From the NCBI GenBank assembly GCA_030141605.1, contig JAQGDQ010000105.1, positions 372,001 through 436,000 on the forward strand: 64,000 nt of DNA, read 5' to 3'. A program made the position numbers and the translations under genes. The number at the start of each line of letters is the position of its first letter. The first letter of the stretch is position 1. Source of the stretch: Tubiluchus corallicola (lineage: Eukaryota; Animalia; Priapulida). Positions 37,590 through 47,748 of this stretch are shown one piece after another. The notes under the pieces were generated by a model. That model saw nothing but the letters and a program-made list of their open reading frames with translations. It searched no databases and had not been told where the DNA came from.

Positions 37590-40500
37590 ATGTCACGCGT
37601 TTACGTGGAGAGTGAATTGCAGCAACTTACTGTACCTGTCTTAAAGCAGATAACTGTTGAACGTAAGCTAACTTTACCACAGGGTGCAAATAAGGCCGGA
37701 ATAATTGATATAATCATGAATGCACAAGGTAACCCTGTGACGACAGGTGAACCTAGTGTTAGACCGAAAGAAGTTGGAGGTGTGTCAAGCACACCGAGTG
37801 TGTTTGTTGCGCAGATGAGTGGGCGCAGACGTGTGTCTGATCAACTGTTAGCAACTCCCCCTCCTGCCGACCTTACCTTGCATTCTGCTATTAATGGTAA
37901 ACCTGCGGATGATGAGATGACAGAACGTTCAGTACCTCTTTACAATATTGAAAAGTTAAAGTTAGTAGAGCGCGAGAAAGAGCGTGAATGGGAACGGGAA
38001 CAGAAACGTGAAGAAAGGCGTGAACGTATGCAACGTGAAGAGAGAGAATGGGAACGTGAGCGTGAGGAACGCAGAGAACGAATGCAGAAAGAGCAGTATC
38101 AGTTTGAGTTGAAGCTTCGTGAGCTGGATGCCTCATCTCCAAGTCACGTGACACAGGTTCCTCCTCAATCACCTGATGGCATACTTACTACAACCGCATC
38201 TCGAATACCCCGTGTAAAGTTATCACGTGTTTTTACAGAGGGAACCGATGATCTGCATACTTTCTTACAGTGGTTTGAAGCAGTAGCCAAAGCTAATGGC
38301 CTTGAAGAGAAACACTTTGCTGCATCGCTGGGCCCAGCTTTATCCGGAAAAGCAGCCCAGGCTTTTCAACAAGTACCACTTGACAGCATGCAAGATTACA
38401 ATGTTTTAAGGAAGACTTTGTTAGCTGCCTATGTCCTCTCCAATGACATGTATCTTGAGCGTTTCCGCAAGATTACTCGGAGACCGGATGAAACATTCCG
38501 TCAGCTTTTTGTACGGCTTGATCGTGCCCTGCAAGAATGGCTGAAAGCCGAAGAAGCGTCCACCTTTGAGAACATTTGTGAACTGCTATGTATTGAGCAG
38601 GCCCTTACATTGATGCCCCGTGAAATGAGCATTTGGGTCAGGCAGCAAGGGCAGAAGACAATGGAAAAGGTGGCAGAGAAAGCTGATTTGTACATTGCTT
38701 CTAATGCATTAGGTACGGCTTCAAAACTTAAACAAATGCAACAACAGCGTGGAAATTCTAGGCCGGCAGTTTTTTCAAATGGTTCTGGAAAAAAGATGAA
38801 TAATGACGTCATGAAGAAGATACGCTGTTATACTTGTGGAGAACTTGGACACAAAAGGATCCAGTGCCCGAAACGCCCTAATTATGGTGAAACTAGTGGC
38901 AAGAGTAGAAATCCTAGTCGTCAATTCTTGGCCAAGACAGGAAATACCAGTCACTCTACCAGTTCACCTGCGGCTATGCCTGAGTGTGTGCCTGAGTCTG
39001 ATGAGTTTAGCTTTAAAGCTAAAATTAATGGTATCTGGATCGATGGTATAAGAGATTCTGGTGCTAGCGTGAGTTCGATCCAACCACGTTATGTCCGTCC
39101 AGAACAGTTTCTACAAAGTGAAAATTATACCAAAATTTGGTGTGTGCATGGCGATGCTAAAAATACACGTATAGCTGTCGTTGAGGTGGAATGTATGCTA
39201 GTTAATGGTAGATTGAGAGTGGCAGTGTCTGATAGTCTTCCTGTGCCCTTTTTGCTAGGTAATGATTACCGAACTGCTGTGACACCATTTAGCATTAAAC
39301 AGAGTTTTAGTACACCACCTAAGTCAGTTGATTTAGAATGTATCACACCTGAAAATTCAGATACGTCACATTGTTCTGATGAACTTGTGAGTGGAAATAT
39401 AAATGTCGCGAAACAAGCTGGTAATTCGAAAAAAGCTTTTGCTGTAACCCGATCAAAAGCAAAGCAGCTACAAGCAGAAGCTAAGAGTGAGAAAAAATTA
39501 CTAAGTAGTTTAAACGCTGATCAAAAAGCGGAAAAAAATATTGCATCTGGCGTAGATACTGCTAAAGCACAGCAACAGCAGCTGTTACAGCTTAGTAAAG
39601 AACAATTGCGGCAAGAACAGCGCGATGATGTTAGTTTGCGCAATTTACGTGATCACGCAGTCACAGAAACAGTAGCTCGTGCCCAAAGAAAGGGTTACTT
39701 CATTAAAGATGGGGTTTTATATTACCTGACACGTGAAAAGCGCGATGCTGAACCCCGCGAACTTTTGGTTGTACCCAAGTCTAGACGTTTGGCAGTCTTA
39801 TCTTTGGCACATGATGCGCACATGGCTGTTTTACAAGAATGTATTTGGCCTAGAGTTAAACGTTCAGTGATACAATATTGCCGCTCGTGTGTCCCATGTC
39901 AGAAAACGGCGAGAATTAAACGTTCTGATAAAGCAAAATTAAAGCCATTGTCCATACCTTCGATTGCATTTCGAACTATAGCCATGGATATTATTGGGCC
40001 TATGAAGAGAACACCCTCCGGGAATAAGTACGCGTTAGTAATAATAGATCATGCTACGAGGTACCCCGATTGCTACCCGCTGCCAAATATTGAAACCACT
40101 ACTGTTGTTAAAGCTTTATTGCAATACATATGTCGACACGGCATCCCGCGTGAGATTTTAGCCGACAGAGGTACTCAATTCACATCACAGTTAATCCATG
40201 ATTTAGAACAGGCCTTGGGTGTAAAGGGAATTTTCACTTCCCCATATAACCCACAGGGGAATGGGTTAACTGAGAGATTTAATGGCTCATTAAAATCCTG
40301 CATTTTAAAAGTCATGCAAAATGAGAAACATTTACCCTGGGATGAAACTATTCCGTTCATTTTATTTGCTTTCCGGGAAGTACCCCAAGAATCCACTGGG
40401 TATGCCCCATTTCAGTTAGTTTATGGTTTTCCCGTGCGTGGGCCTTTGGCTGCCCTAAAGGAACGTTGGGGCTCTGTAGAAGCTCCTAAGTGGGAGGAAA

Positions 40501-42404
40501 TTGATGATTACGTGACTCGCATAATTAACTCTGTAGAAGAGTCAACTGCTGATGCCCATGAAGCTCTGCAAAAAGCTAAAATATCACAGAAAAAGTGGTA
40601 TGATAAAACCACTTCAGAACGCTCGCTTGAAATAGGGCAAAAAGTTCTTGTTTTAATGCCTGAAGGTAGAAGCAAAATGCAAAAGCGCTATCGTGGCCCC
40701 TTTACAGTTGTTGATAAATTGTCTGATTGGACATATAAAATACATTTAGGAGGCAAAAGTGCACGCAAACGCGATACAAGAACATATCATATCAACATGT
40801 TGAAACCATTTGTTGAACGCGACGAGCACATGGTTTTGTTTGCAAAGTGTGAGGAATTTAGTACAACGTCACTAGACAGTGTTTTGTCTGAAGGTGGTTG
40901 TGGTAATGTGAAGATGGATGAGCAGGAGGAAAATGAGTGTTCATTGAAACTTCCTGAATATGCATTCCCGCCTTCTGCCTCACCCACCCAGTCTCTCAAT
41001 GATGTAGCATATGACTCTCATCTCAATGATGAGCAGATCGGTCACTTGGCAGCAGTACTTGCAGAATTTTCAGAGATGTTCACCGATCTTCCCGGGCGCA
41101 CTGAATTAGTTCAACATCGTATTACTCTAACAATTCCTACGCCAGTTAGACAGAGGCCATACCGAACTCCTCATGCTCGCAGAGAGGTTATCAGAAAAGA
41201 ATTAGAAGAGATGCAGAAATTACAAGTGATACGCAGATCTAATTCTGAATTTTCTTCACCAGTTGTCCTGGTACCAAAAGAAGACGCTGCATCAGGTTTT
41301 CGTTTCTGTATAGATTATAGGCTTTTAAATGCTCAAACGGCTTTCAATCACTATATCATGCCTCGGGTAGATGACATCGTGGACGGCATGCATGGCGCTC
41401 TGTGGATAACCACATTAGACCTTTCAAAGGCGTACTGGCAAATAAAACTCGCCGAAGAATCCCAAGCATACTCTGCTTTCGTTACAGAATTCGGAAAATT
41501 CGAATTCGTTGTGATGCCTTTTGGCCTTGTCAACAGTGCACAAACCTGTCAGAGCTTGGTAGACAGGGTGTTAGAAGCTGCAGAGGAATATGCCCACGGA
41601 TACATTGATGACATCATGATTAAATCAAACACTTGGCAATCCCATCTGCAACATATTCGGTTGGTATTAGCCCTGCTACGACGTGCTGGTCTTACACTTA
41701 AACCAAAGAAGTGCAACTTCGCCCAAACTGAGACCAAATTTCTCGGATATGTTGTTGGAAAGAATCGCTTACGCCCACAGGTCGAGAAGATTCAAAAGAT
41801 TCATGAAACCCCTCGTCCTCAGACCAAAAGACAAGTACGAGCTTTCCTCGGTTTAATCGGTTTTTATCGACGGTTTATTCCGATGTTTAGTTCTATTGCG
41901 GTACCCTTGTATGCACTGCTTGAGAAAAATGCTCCTGTACATGTTGACTGGAATGAAGAGTGTGAACGCAGCTTTATAGAACTGCGCACTGCACTGAACT
42001 CAGACACGGTGCTTCACTCACCTGATTTTTCGCAGAAATTTGTTCTAACAACTGATGCTTCATTTAGTGGTATTGGTGGAGTGCTGACACAAGTAAAGAG
42101 TGAGTTAGGTGAGGTGCCAATTACACATGTGAGCAGAAAGTTGACTACGTGTGAACGAAATTATAGTGTTGTGGAAATTGAGTTGTTGGCAGTAGTGTAT
42201 TCTGTATCTAAGTTACGTTACTACTTAGAAGGTCATGAGTTCATAGTACGAACTGACCAACGTAGTTTGCTAGCACTCCCATATATGAAGAGAAATAATC
42301 GCCGCCTTTGTACATGGGCGCTTACTTTGCAAGAATTCCACTTTACTGTAGAGAATATTGCTGGAAAAGATAATATTGTAGCAGATTCTCTTTCACGCCT
42401 ATGA
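37590..42404 (+). CDS. Gag-Pol polyprotein (SAP-like, E/R coiled coil, capsid/SCAN-like, CCHC, protease, integrase, RT, RNase H)
   Basis: Uninterrupted ORF, first ATG at 37590. CYTCGELGHKRIQC (38826-38867); protease RDSGA (~39051). IN core AMDIIGP / ADRGTQF / NGLTERFN and RYRGPF. RT RFCIDYR, LDLSKAYWQI, MPFGL, YIDD (41601-41612). RNase H TDAS, ELLAV, TDQRSL, NIVADSLSR. Confidence 0.97.
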   Translation: MSRVYVESELQQLTVPVLKQITVERKLTLPQGANKAGIIDIIMNAQGNPVTTGEPSVRPKEVGGVSSTPSVFVAQMSGRRRVSDQLLATPPPADLTLHSAINGKPADDEMTERSVPLYNIEKLKLVEREKEREWEREQKREERRERMQREEREWEREREERRERMQKEQYQFELKLRELDASSPSHVTQVPPQSPDGILTTTASRIPRVKLSRVFTEGTDDLHTFLQWFEAVAKANGLEEKHFAASLGPALSGKAAQAFQQVPLDSMQDYNVLRKTLLAAYVLSNDMYLERFRKITRRPDETFRQLFVRLDRALQEWLKAEEASTFENICELLCIEQALTLMPREMSIWVRQQGQKTMEKVAEKADLYIASNALGTASKLKQMQQQRGNSRPAVFSNGSGKKMNNDVMKKIRCYTCGELGHKRIQCPKRPNYGETSGKSRNPSRQFLAKTGNTSHSTSSPAAMPECVPESDEFSFKAKINGIWIDGIRDSGASVSSIQPRYVRPEQFLQSENYTKIWCVHGDAKNTRIAVVEVECMLVNGRLRVAVSDSLPVPFLLGNDYRTAVTPFSIKQSFSTPPKSVDLECITPENSDTSHCSDELVSGNINVAKQAGNSKKAFAVTRSKAKQLQAEAKSEKKLLSSLNADQKAEKNIASGVDTAKAQQQQLLQLSKEQLRQEQRDDVSLRNLRDHAVTETVARAQRKGYFIKDGVLYYLTREKRDAEPRELLVVPKSRRLAVLSLAHDAHMAVLQECIWPRVKRSVIQYCRSCVPCQKTARIKRSDKAKLKPLSIPSIAFRTIAMDIIGPMKRTPSGNKYALVIIDHATRYPDCYPLPNIETTTVVKALLQYICRHGIPREILADRGTQFTSQLIHDLEQALGVKGIFTSPYNPQGNGLTERFNGSLKSCILKVMQNEKHLPWDETIPFILFAFREVPQESTGYAPFQLVYGFPVRGPLAALKERWGSVEAPKWEEIDDYVTRIINSVEESTADAHEALQKAKISQKKWYDKTTSERSLEIGQKVLVLMPEGRSKMQKRYRGPFTVVDKLSDWTYKIHLGGKSARKRDTRTYHINMLKPFVERDEHMVLFAKCEEFSTTSLDSVLSEGGCGNVKMDEQEENECSLKLPEYAFPPSASPTQSLNDVAYDSHLNDEQIGHLAAVLAEFSEMFTDLPGRTELVQHRITLTIPTPVRQRPYRTPHARREVIRKELEEMQKLQVIRRSNSEFSSPVVLVPKEDAASGFRFCIDYRLLNAQTAFNHYIMPRVDDIVDGMHGALWITTLDLSKAYWQIKLAEESQAYSAFVTEFGKFEFVVMPFGLVNSAQTCQSLVDRVLEAAEEYAHGYIDDIMIKSNTWQSHLQHIRLVLALLRRAGLTLKPKKCNFAQTETKFLGYVVGKNRLRPQVEKIQKIHETPRPQTKRQVRAFLGLIGFYRRFIPMFSSIAVPLYALLEKNAPVHVDWNEECERSFIELRTALNSDTVLHSPDFSQKFVLTTDASFSGIGGVLTQVKSELGEVPITHVSRKLTTCERNYSVVEIELLAVVYSVSKLRYYLEGHEFIVRTDQRSLLALPYMKRNNRRLCTWALTLQEFHFTVENIAGKDNIVADSLSRL

Positions 42405-42977
42405 GTGGATAATTCCAACCACTAAAGCCCAAGTTAGGTGATTAAAGATCACCCGTGACCAGTTTGAATTTTCTTTTACATTATATAAAGCCAATTCATT
42501 AGAAATGAATTAAAATAATAAAATTTTGTTGCGAAATTAGTTTAATGTATTCGCAATGCCATCTAGGAGTGGTAATAGAAAACATGTGTTGTTGTATTGT
42601 ATTATTTTAATCTTGTTAGGCTGGTTAATAGTAAAAGTATTTCTCCTTTGTTCAAAACAATACAGTGTTTTATTTTTAGTTTATTCATTTATGTTGAAAC
42701 CAAGATTTGAACCTTGCGTTGTATGCTTAAGAGTAAGTAAATACTGTCTTACCTAATATGTAATTATTTCATGAGCGAAGGAATTCACAAAGATTTGTTG
42801 ATGAAGACTGTGATTGAGTATTGCATTTTTTGTCATTGACATTAGTTATTTTTGTTCTATTATTGTGATGAATATGTATCATGATTTTTTGTGTAACTAG
42901 TTTATTGCCCTGACCTATTGTGTTAAAAGTCTTGATATCACATTTTAGTAAAAAAATTTGATGGATCAAGCTTTTGT

Positions 42978-42991
42978 AACGGAGGATGCTA
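42978..42991 (+). other. Weak polypurine tract
   Basis: AACGGAGGATGCTA immediately 5' of the 3' LTR: expected position, but only moderately purine-rich. Confidence 0.5.
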
Positions 42992-43996
42992 TGTGACGCT
43001 CAGGCTTATTTTAGGCCAGGTTATGTAACTAGTTCCTACTGTTATAATTCCACCATTAATTATTGTCAATTTTTATAAAAGAAGTTTAGTTAAACTGTTT
43101 AATGATATAAGGCTAGAAGCCAACTTGTTCTGAAATCAGATTTCACCTGTACATTCAATGATACTGTTTATGCATTACTACTATATCATGTGACTGAAGC
43201 CACGTAGACGAAATTTTGGCTGTTGAGTTCGCCCAGGTATTCCGCTTTAAGTTGTCGAGTTAAGCGGACGTTCTCATGTCATGAAATGATGGTTTAGTAG
43301 TAACGGTGCTCGTTTGTAGAAAAGCTATCTGTCTACCTGGTTACGACAGAGACGATAGTCGCATTTTTGCGATGATGCTTACCTGTTGCTGATTATATTT
43401 TCCTGACGCTGATGATACATCACTTACCAGTTGTCGATGATATCTGCTGCTGATGATACTTACCCGATTTACCTGACGTTGATGATACTGTCGTTGGTGC
43501 TTCCATGCTGATTACAAAATTGGTAATCCTTACCTTGCAACGAGTGCAGGAGCTTGGATGCTACCCCATTTTGGCGTCATATAAGTGGAGGCGTGTACAT
43601 CAGAAGTCGTCAAAGTTTGGAGACGTCGTCGTCCACGTAATCAGCTCCATCAAGAGGTAGTGTAGTCAACCGTTCTATGGTGCACCATTCCTTGATCAAG
43701 CCCCTGGTGAGGAGATGCTGCGGAATGGGAGCAGGAGAATAGTCGCTTGATGATGCCAAGACTGGACTGGTGAAAAACATTACGTTGTTCTTTCTCTTCT
43801 TAGCCGGCTTAATCTTTATTATTAACATTTGTCTTGTAATGTGTTTTGAAATATTCATTAAATTGTTATATTATTTTATTAATTCAGTGGTTTCTTCACA
43901 GTGTTTTCGACTAAGTGTTTTATTCTTTACCTAAGGGTTACACTTAAGTCACGAACCACATATTTACAATAACGGAACTTAGACTACATCGTCACA
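42992..43996 (+). repeat. 3' LTR
   Basis: TGTGACGCTCAGG...CATCGTCACA followed by TSD CTCAG. Confidence 0.97.
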
Positions 43997-45795
43997 CTCA
44001 GTAATAGCGTACTTACATGTAAAAGATACACTTTAATTACGTGCATACAGTTAATTTTATGGTCTCTTAAAAACTCCGCAGTAATTTGCCTACAGCTGTT
44101 TTTCTGCATAGAAGATTAATGCTCTGATGGCTGTAGAGTTCATCAAGAAGTGAAAATAAAATGTGTGACACAGACCTACATTTGCCTCCAGCAGAGCGCC
44201 AGGCCTGTAGATTTCAGCACCGCAAGCTCTCGACTTCAGTGCAGGGAAGCCACATTATCTACAAACGAGATCTTGTTATGGTAACCTAATCTAATTTTAG
44301 CCTCGCAGTGCAAATTTTGGCATAGACGACCTATTTTTGGTGCGGCAAATGAAGGCAGCCGAAAGGACGCCGGAAAAGAAAAACCTGTAGTCAGACAAAA
44401 ACTTCCGTTGCTAAGTGAGACGTTTCATAGATTTATAAGAACATTGATTTAAGTCTGAGAGACCAGTAATGCAGAGCAGATTTAGAAATTATGAAAGATT
44501 TTCGCACTGCTGACCCTGGATATTGGTTGCGGTTCAGCATACTTGCTCTGTTAGTACAGAAGGACTTCAAAACATAACACGTCATGAACTGAATACATGT
44601 AACATCATCAAACATTTGTAATTTAAAGTCAGCTGTTAGCGTTACAGCATAAATACAATGTTTCGCCATTGTATTTTATTCTTTGCCTTTTTGACTTTTA
44701 TTTTTTATATATAACAAAATATGAGAAGCTCAACCATTGTCCACTGTGAAAGCCACGTGCAATTCTTGTATCTTGATACCGCTAACCAACAGAGCACGTA
44801 AGCACTAACAGGCCTGTGTACTCTGACATACATGTATTAGGATTTTTAATCTTTTTTCCGTTGCATACTATGCTTTCTATTTCAAATTATAAAGCTTCAG
44901 AAAAAATGAAACTAAATAGTATTTCCAAGTAAAGCAATCATGGTTACGAAACGTGTGTTTATGCTTTTGGATATAAACCATTGGGGATATGTGATCTCTC
45001 GAAATTTTTCTTGCCAGTTTGAAAACACCTCTGGAAATTCTTATTGCAAATCACGAAGACACAAGAGTTTCTCCGGGTTTTTCTTGCACTATAAATTGTA
45101 AATTACAATGAATATAATTTATTATGAACTCTCAAGATATTCTAAGTAATCCAGTCAGTATGAGATCCATGTTCCGTTTCCGTTTTCGCCAAAGTGATCA
45201 CTATAGCAAATATTACCTGGCTTCCTATCTGTGTGGCATTAAGAGTAACTATTATCGACAAGCCATTACGTTCTGGTTACTAAAGCCATGCAATCACGCG
45301 CCAGCAAGCTTTATACACTGTTTATCTATTAGCGGCATCTGATTAAATTTATTTCCTGTTTGCCGACTAATACAGATTGGTCGATGTGTACATAAATCAC
45401 TTGTTTGTCAGATGATGACGGCCGTATTGCTTGACATATTTATAGTGCTCTATAAAAGTTATTCATGGTTTTGTGTTTTTAGTTCTGTGAAAAACTGCAT
45501 AAGTTCTAAAATAATATTCCAATAATGAAAAATCTAAACTTCAGTTAATTAAGATATTATAATAGTTGAGAAGAAAAGCGAACTTAGCAAACGACGACTG
45601 ACATATTCCCTCATTGAAAACGGCACTCAAAACGTACCATCAATTTCGCCCTTAGATCAACTATAGCTTTCTTTAAAATGTCGCACAGACTAATTATTAG
45701 CAGACATTGATTTAGTAACGATTGATTCGTGCCAGTTTCGTCTTTTTATTTATTGGTTTCTATATTTCACCATGCTAAATTTAAATATGCCTTTC

Positions 45796-45825
45796 TATTT
45801 ATTTATTTATTTATTTGTTTATTTA

Positions 45826-45909
<84 letters not shown>

Positions 45910-45951
45910 CTTCTTTCTCTATCTCTCCCTCTGTATCTATCTATCTATCTA

Positions 45952-45988
<37 letters not shown>

Positions 45989-46132
45989 ATGTATGTATGT
46001 ATGTATGTATGCCTGCCTGCCTGCCTGTCTGTCTATCTATCTATTTATCTACCTAACTATCTGTCTGTCTTTCTATCTACCTGTCCATTCCGCCATTAAT
46101 CTATCCGTCGATCCATCCATCCATCCATCCAT
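45796..46132. repeat. Compound microsatellite (TTTA/TCTG/TC/TCTA/TATG/CCTG/TCCA)
   Basis: Successive di- and tetranucleotide blocks. Confidence 0.95.
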
Positions 46133-47508
46133 TTTTCTTCTGTTATGCAGAGTGTATCGTAGTGCTATGTTATTACTTAAAAACCTGATTGGTGATGGGG
46201 GAAACGAATTCTTAAAATGAAAATAACTGACAGCACGCACGTAAATGAAAGACATAGCAGTTTATTCAATACAGTCATCTACAATGTTTAGACGATAACC
46301 TGGTTACGATCACGCAACAATCTCTACCTAATAAAAATGTAAACTATAAAATTAATATTGAGCTCCAGAAGTTCACTTTGTGAAAAGCAAACAAAAAATA
46401 CCAAATTGTAAACTTACAGATCGTGCAGTACATTGTCAAATTACAGAAAAAAGAAAGCTATGTTACTCCAACACAATTCATTCTCCAATTAAAGGCCGCG
46501 TATATTTATTAAGTAGATTGTTGCGTGATCGTGCCATGTTATGGTTTAAATATCGCAGATGACTGTGTTAGAGAATAAATAGCCATGTCTTTGCTTAAGT
46601 AGGTGTTGGCAGTTATCCTTACTTTAAGATTGTATCGTTTAACAATCAAAAACTATAAAAGTTGAAAAACATAATAAACGATAGCAACAGATGAAAGCAG
46701 ATTTTTGTTGATCTTTTCATTGTTTTTAACTGGATAGATCTAAGTCAAATGCCAATTTTTATTTTCTCTAAATTCCGCACTTCACAGGCTAGGATTTGTC
46801 GATATAATAATAATAATAATAATACACCAGTTCAGTACTTTCGATCTTAGGGCCAGGTGTCACGGTTGAAGCTCGCTATCAGGTTGGAGCTCACAATTAT
46901 CACGAGATTATTTTTAGGAGCTTTATTTTCCCCGCACGGTTGATAAGCGGGGGAGGAGATGCATCGCACAAATATATCCAGAAAATGAAAAGAATGGAAA
47001 CAATTTTGGCCAGAATTAGTGGCCGGTCATTTAAACTACCTACTGACGTACTAATGCTGATACTAATAAAACATCGCAAATTACATTCACAGCAGAAAGT
47101 ATTTTTAATTAACTAACAAATTAATAACTCGAACAAATTTTAAATTTATGGCGCAGCTGTTGCGTCTTAACCGCTTAAATTGGCTATTAATTAAACTCGA
47201 TTATTTCGCAACTGAACTAAAACTTCGAAGCTTACGGCGATTTGGAAATTGCGTGCTTTTGCAATACTAATAGGAAAATTGCAGGAAATATGTCACCCAC
47301 TCTTTCATTATCTTGTTAAAGCAAAAACAAAAAACCAAACGCAAATCCAATTCACAATAATTCTAATGCGAAAATAAGGAAATGTCAAACATAATTCAGT
47401 CGAAATAGGGGCTAGATTGGATTGCACAGGATTATGTGCAATCAAGTAACTATGTAAACCTGCAATCTTGCATGAGCTCTGTTATACCAAAAGAAAAAAC
47501 AGAAATGT

Positions 47509-47748
47509 GTATAATAACACTTGTGCAACTATATGAAAATTTTTCATATTTCGAATGAAACAAGTCATATAGGGTGTATATGTACATTTGGTATTAAACG
47601 CATACATGTTCCTTGCCCATGTTTTCATTATTTTTGCCAATAGTCAACATCTTGAAAAATTATAATAGTACTTTTGAAATTATACAAAAATTTTTCGAAC
47701 ATCGAATTAAAGCAAGTCATATAGGGTGTATACGTACACTTCGTATAC
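47509..47748. repeat. Diverged direct repeat, ~152-bp period
   Basis: CAAGTCATATAGGGTGTATA at 47561 and 47713, with flanking similarity (AAAATTTTTC..TCGAAT upstream, GTACA downstream). Confidence 0.8.

Larger units (their letters stand above)
36025..43996 (+). mobile_element. Full-length Gmr1-like Ty3/Gypsy LTR retrotransposon (7972 bp)
   Basis: Two 1005-bp LTRs with TGTGACG...CGTCACA termini, TSD CTCAG (36020-36024 and 43997-44001), PBS, and a gag-pol ORF with IN upstream of RT/RH but gypsy-type sequences. Confidence 0.97.

Noticed and set aside
42405-42980. env-like or extra ORF between pol and the 3' LTR
   Set aside because: Only 66-aa AT-rich ORFs; no envelope features.
45729-46255. ORFs over microsatellites (also 29159-29553, 31671-31999, 58004-58504)
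   Set aside because: Translations of simple repeats.
46805-46885. Possible hammerhead near the (TAA)n tract
   Set aside because: GAAAGTAC is present on the minus strand but there is no CUGANGA core.
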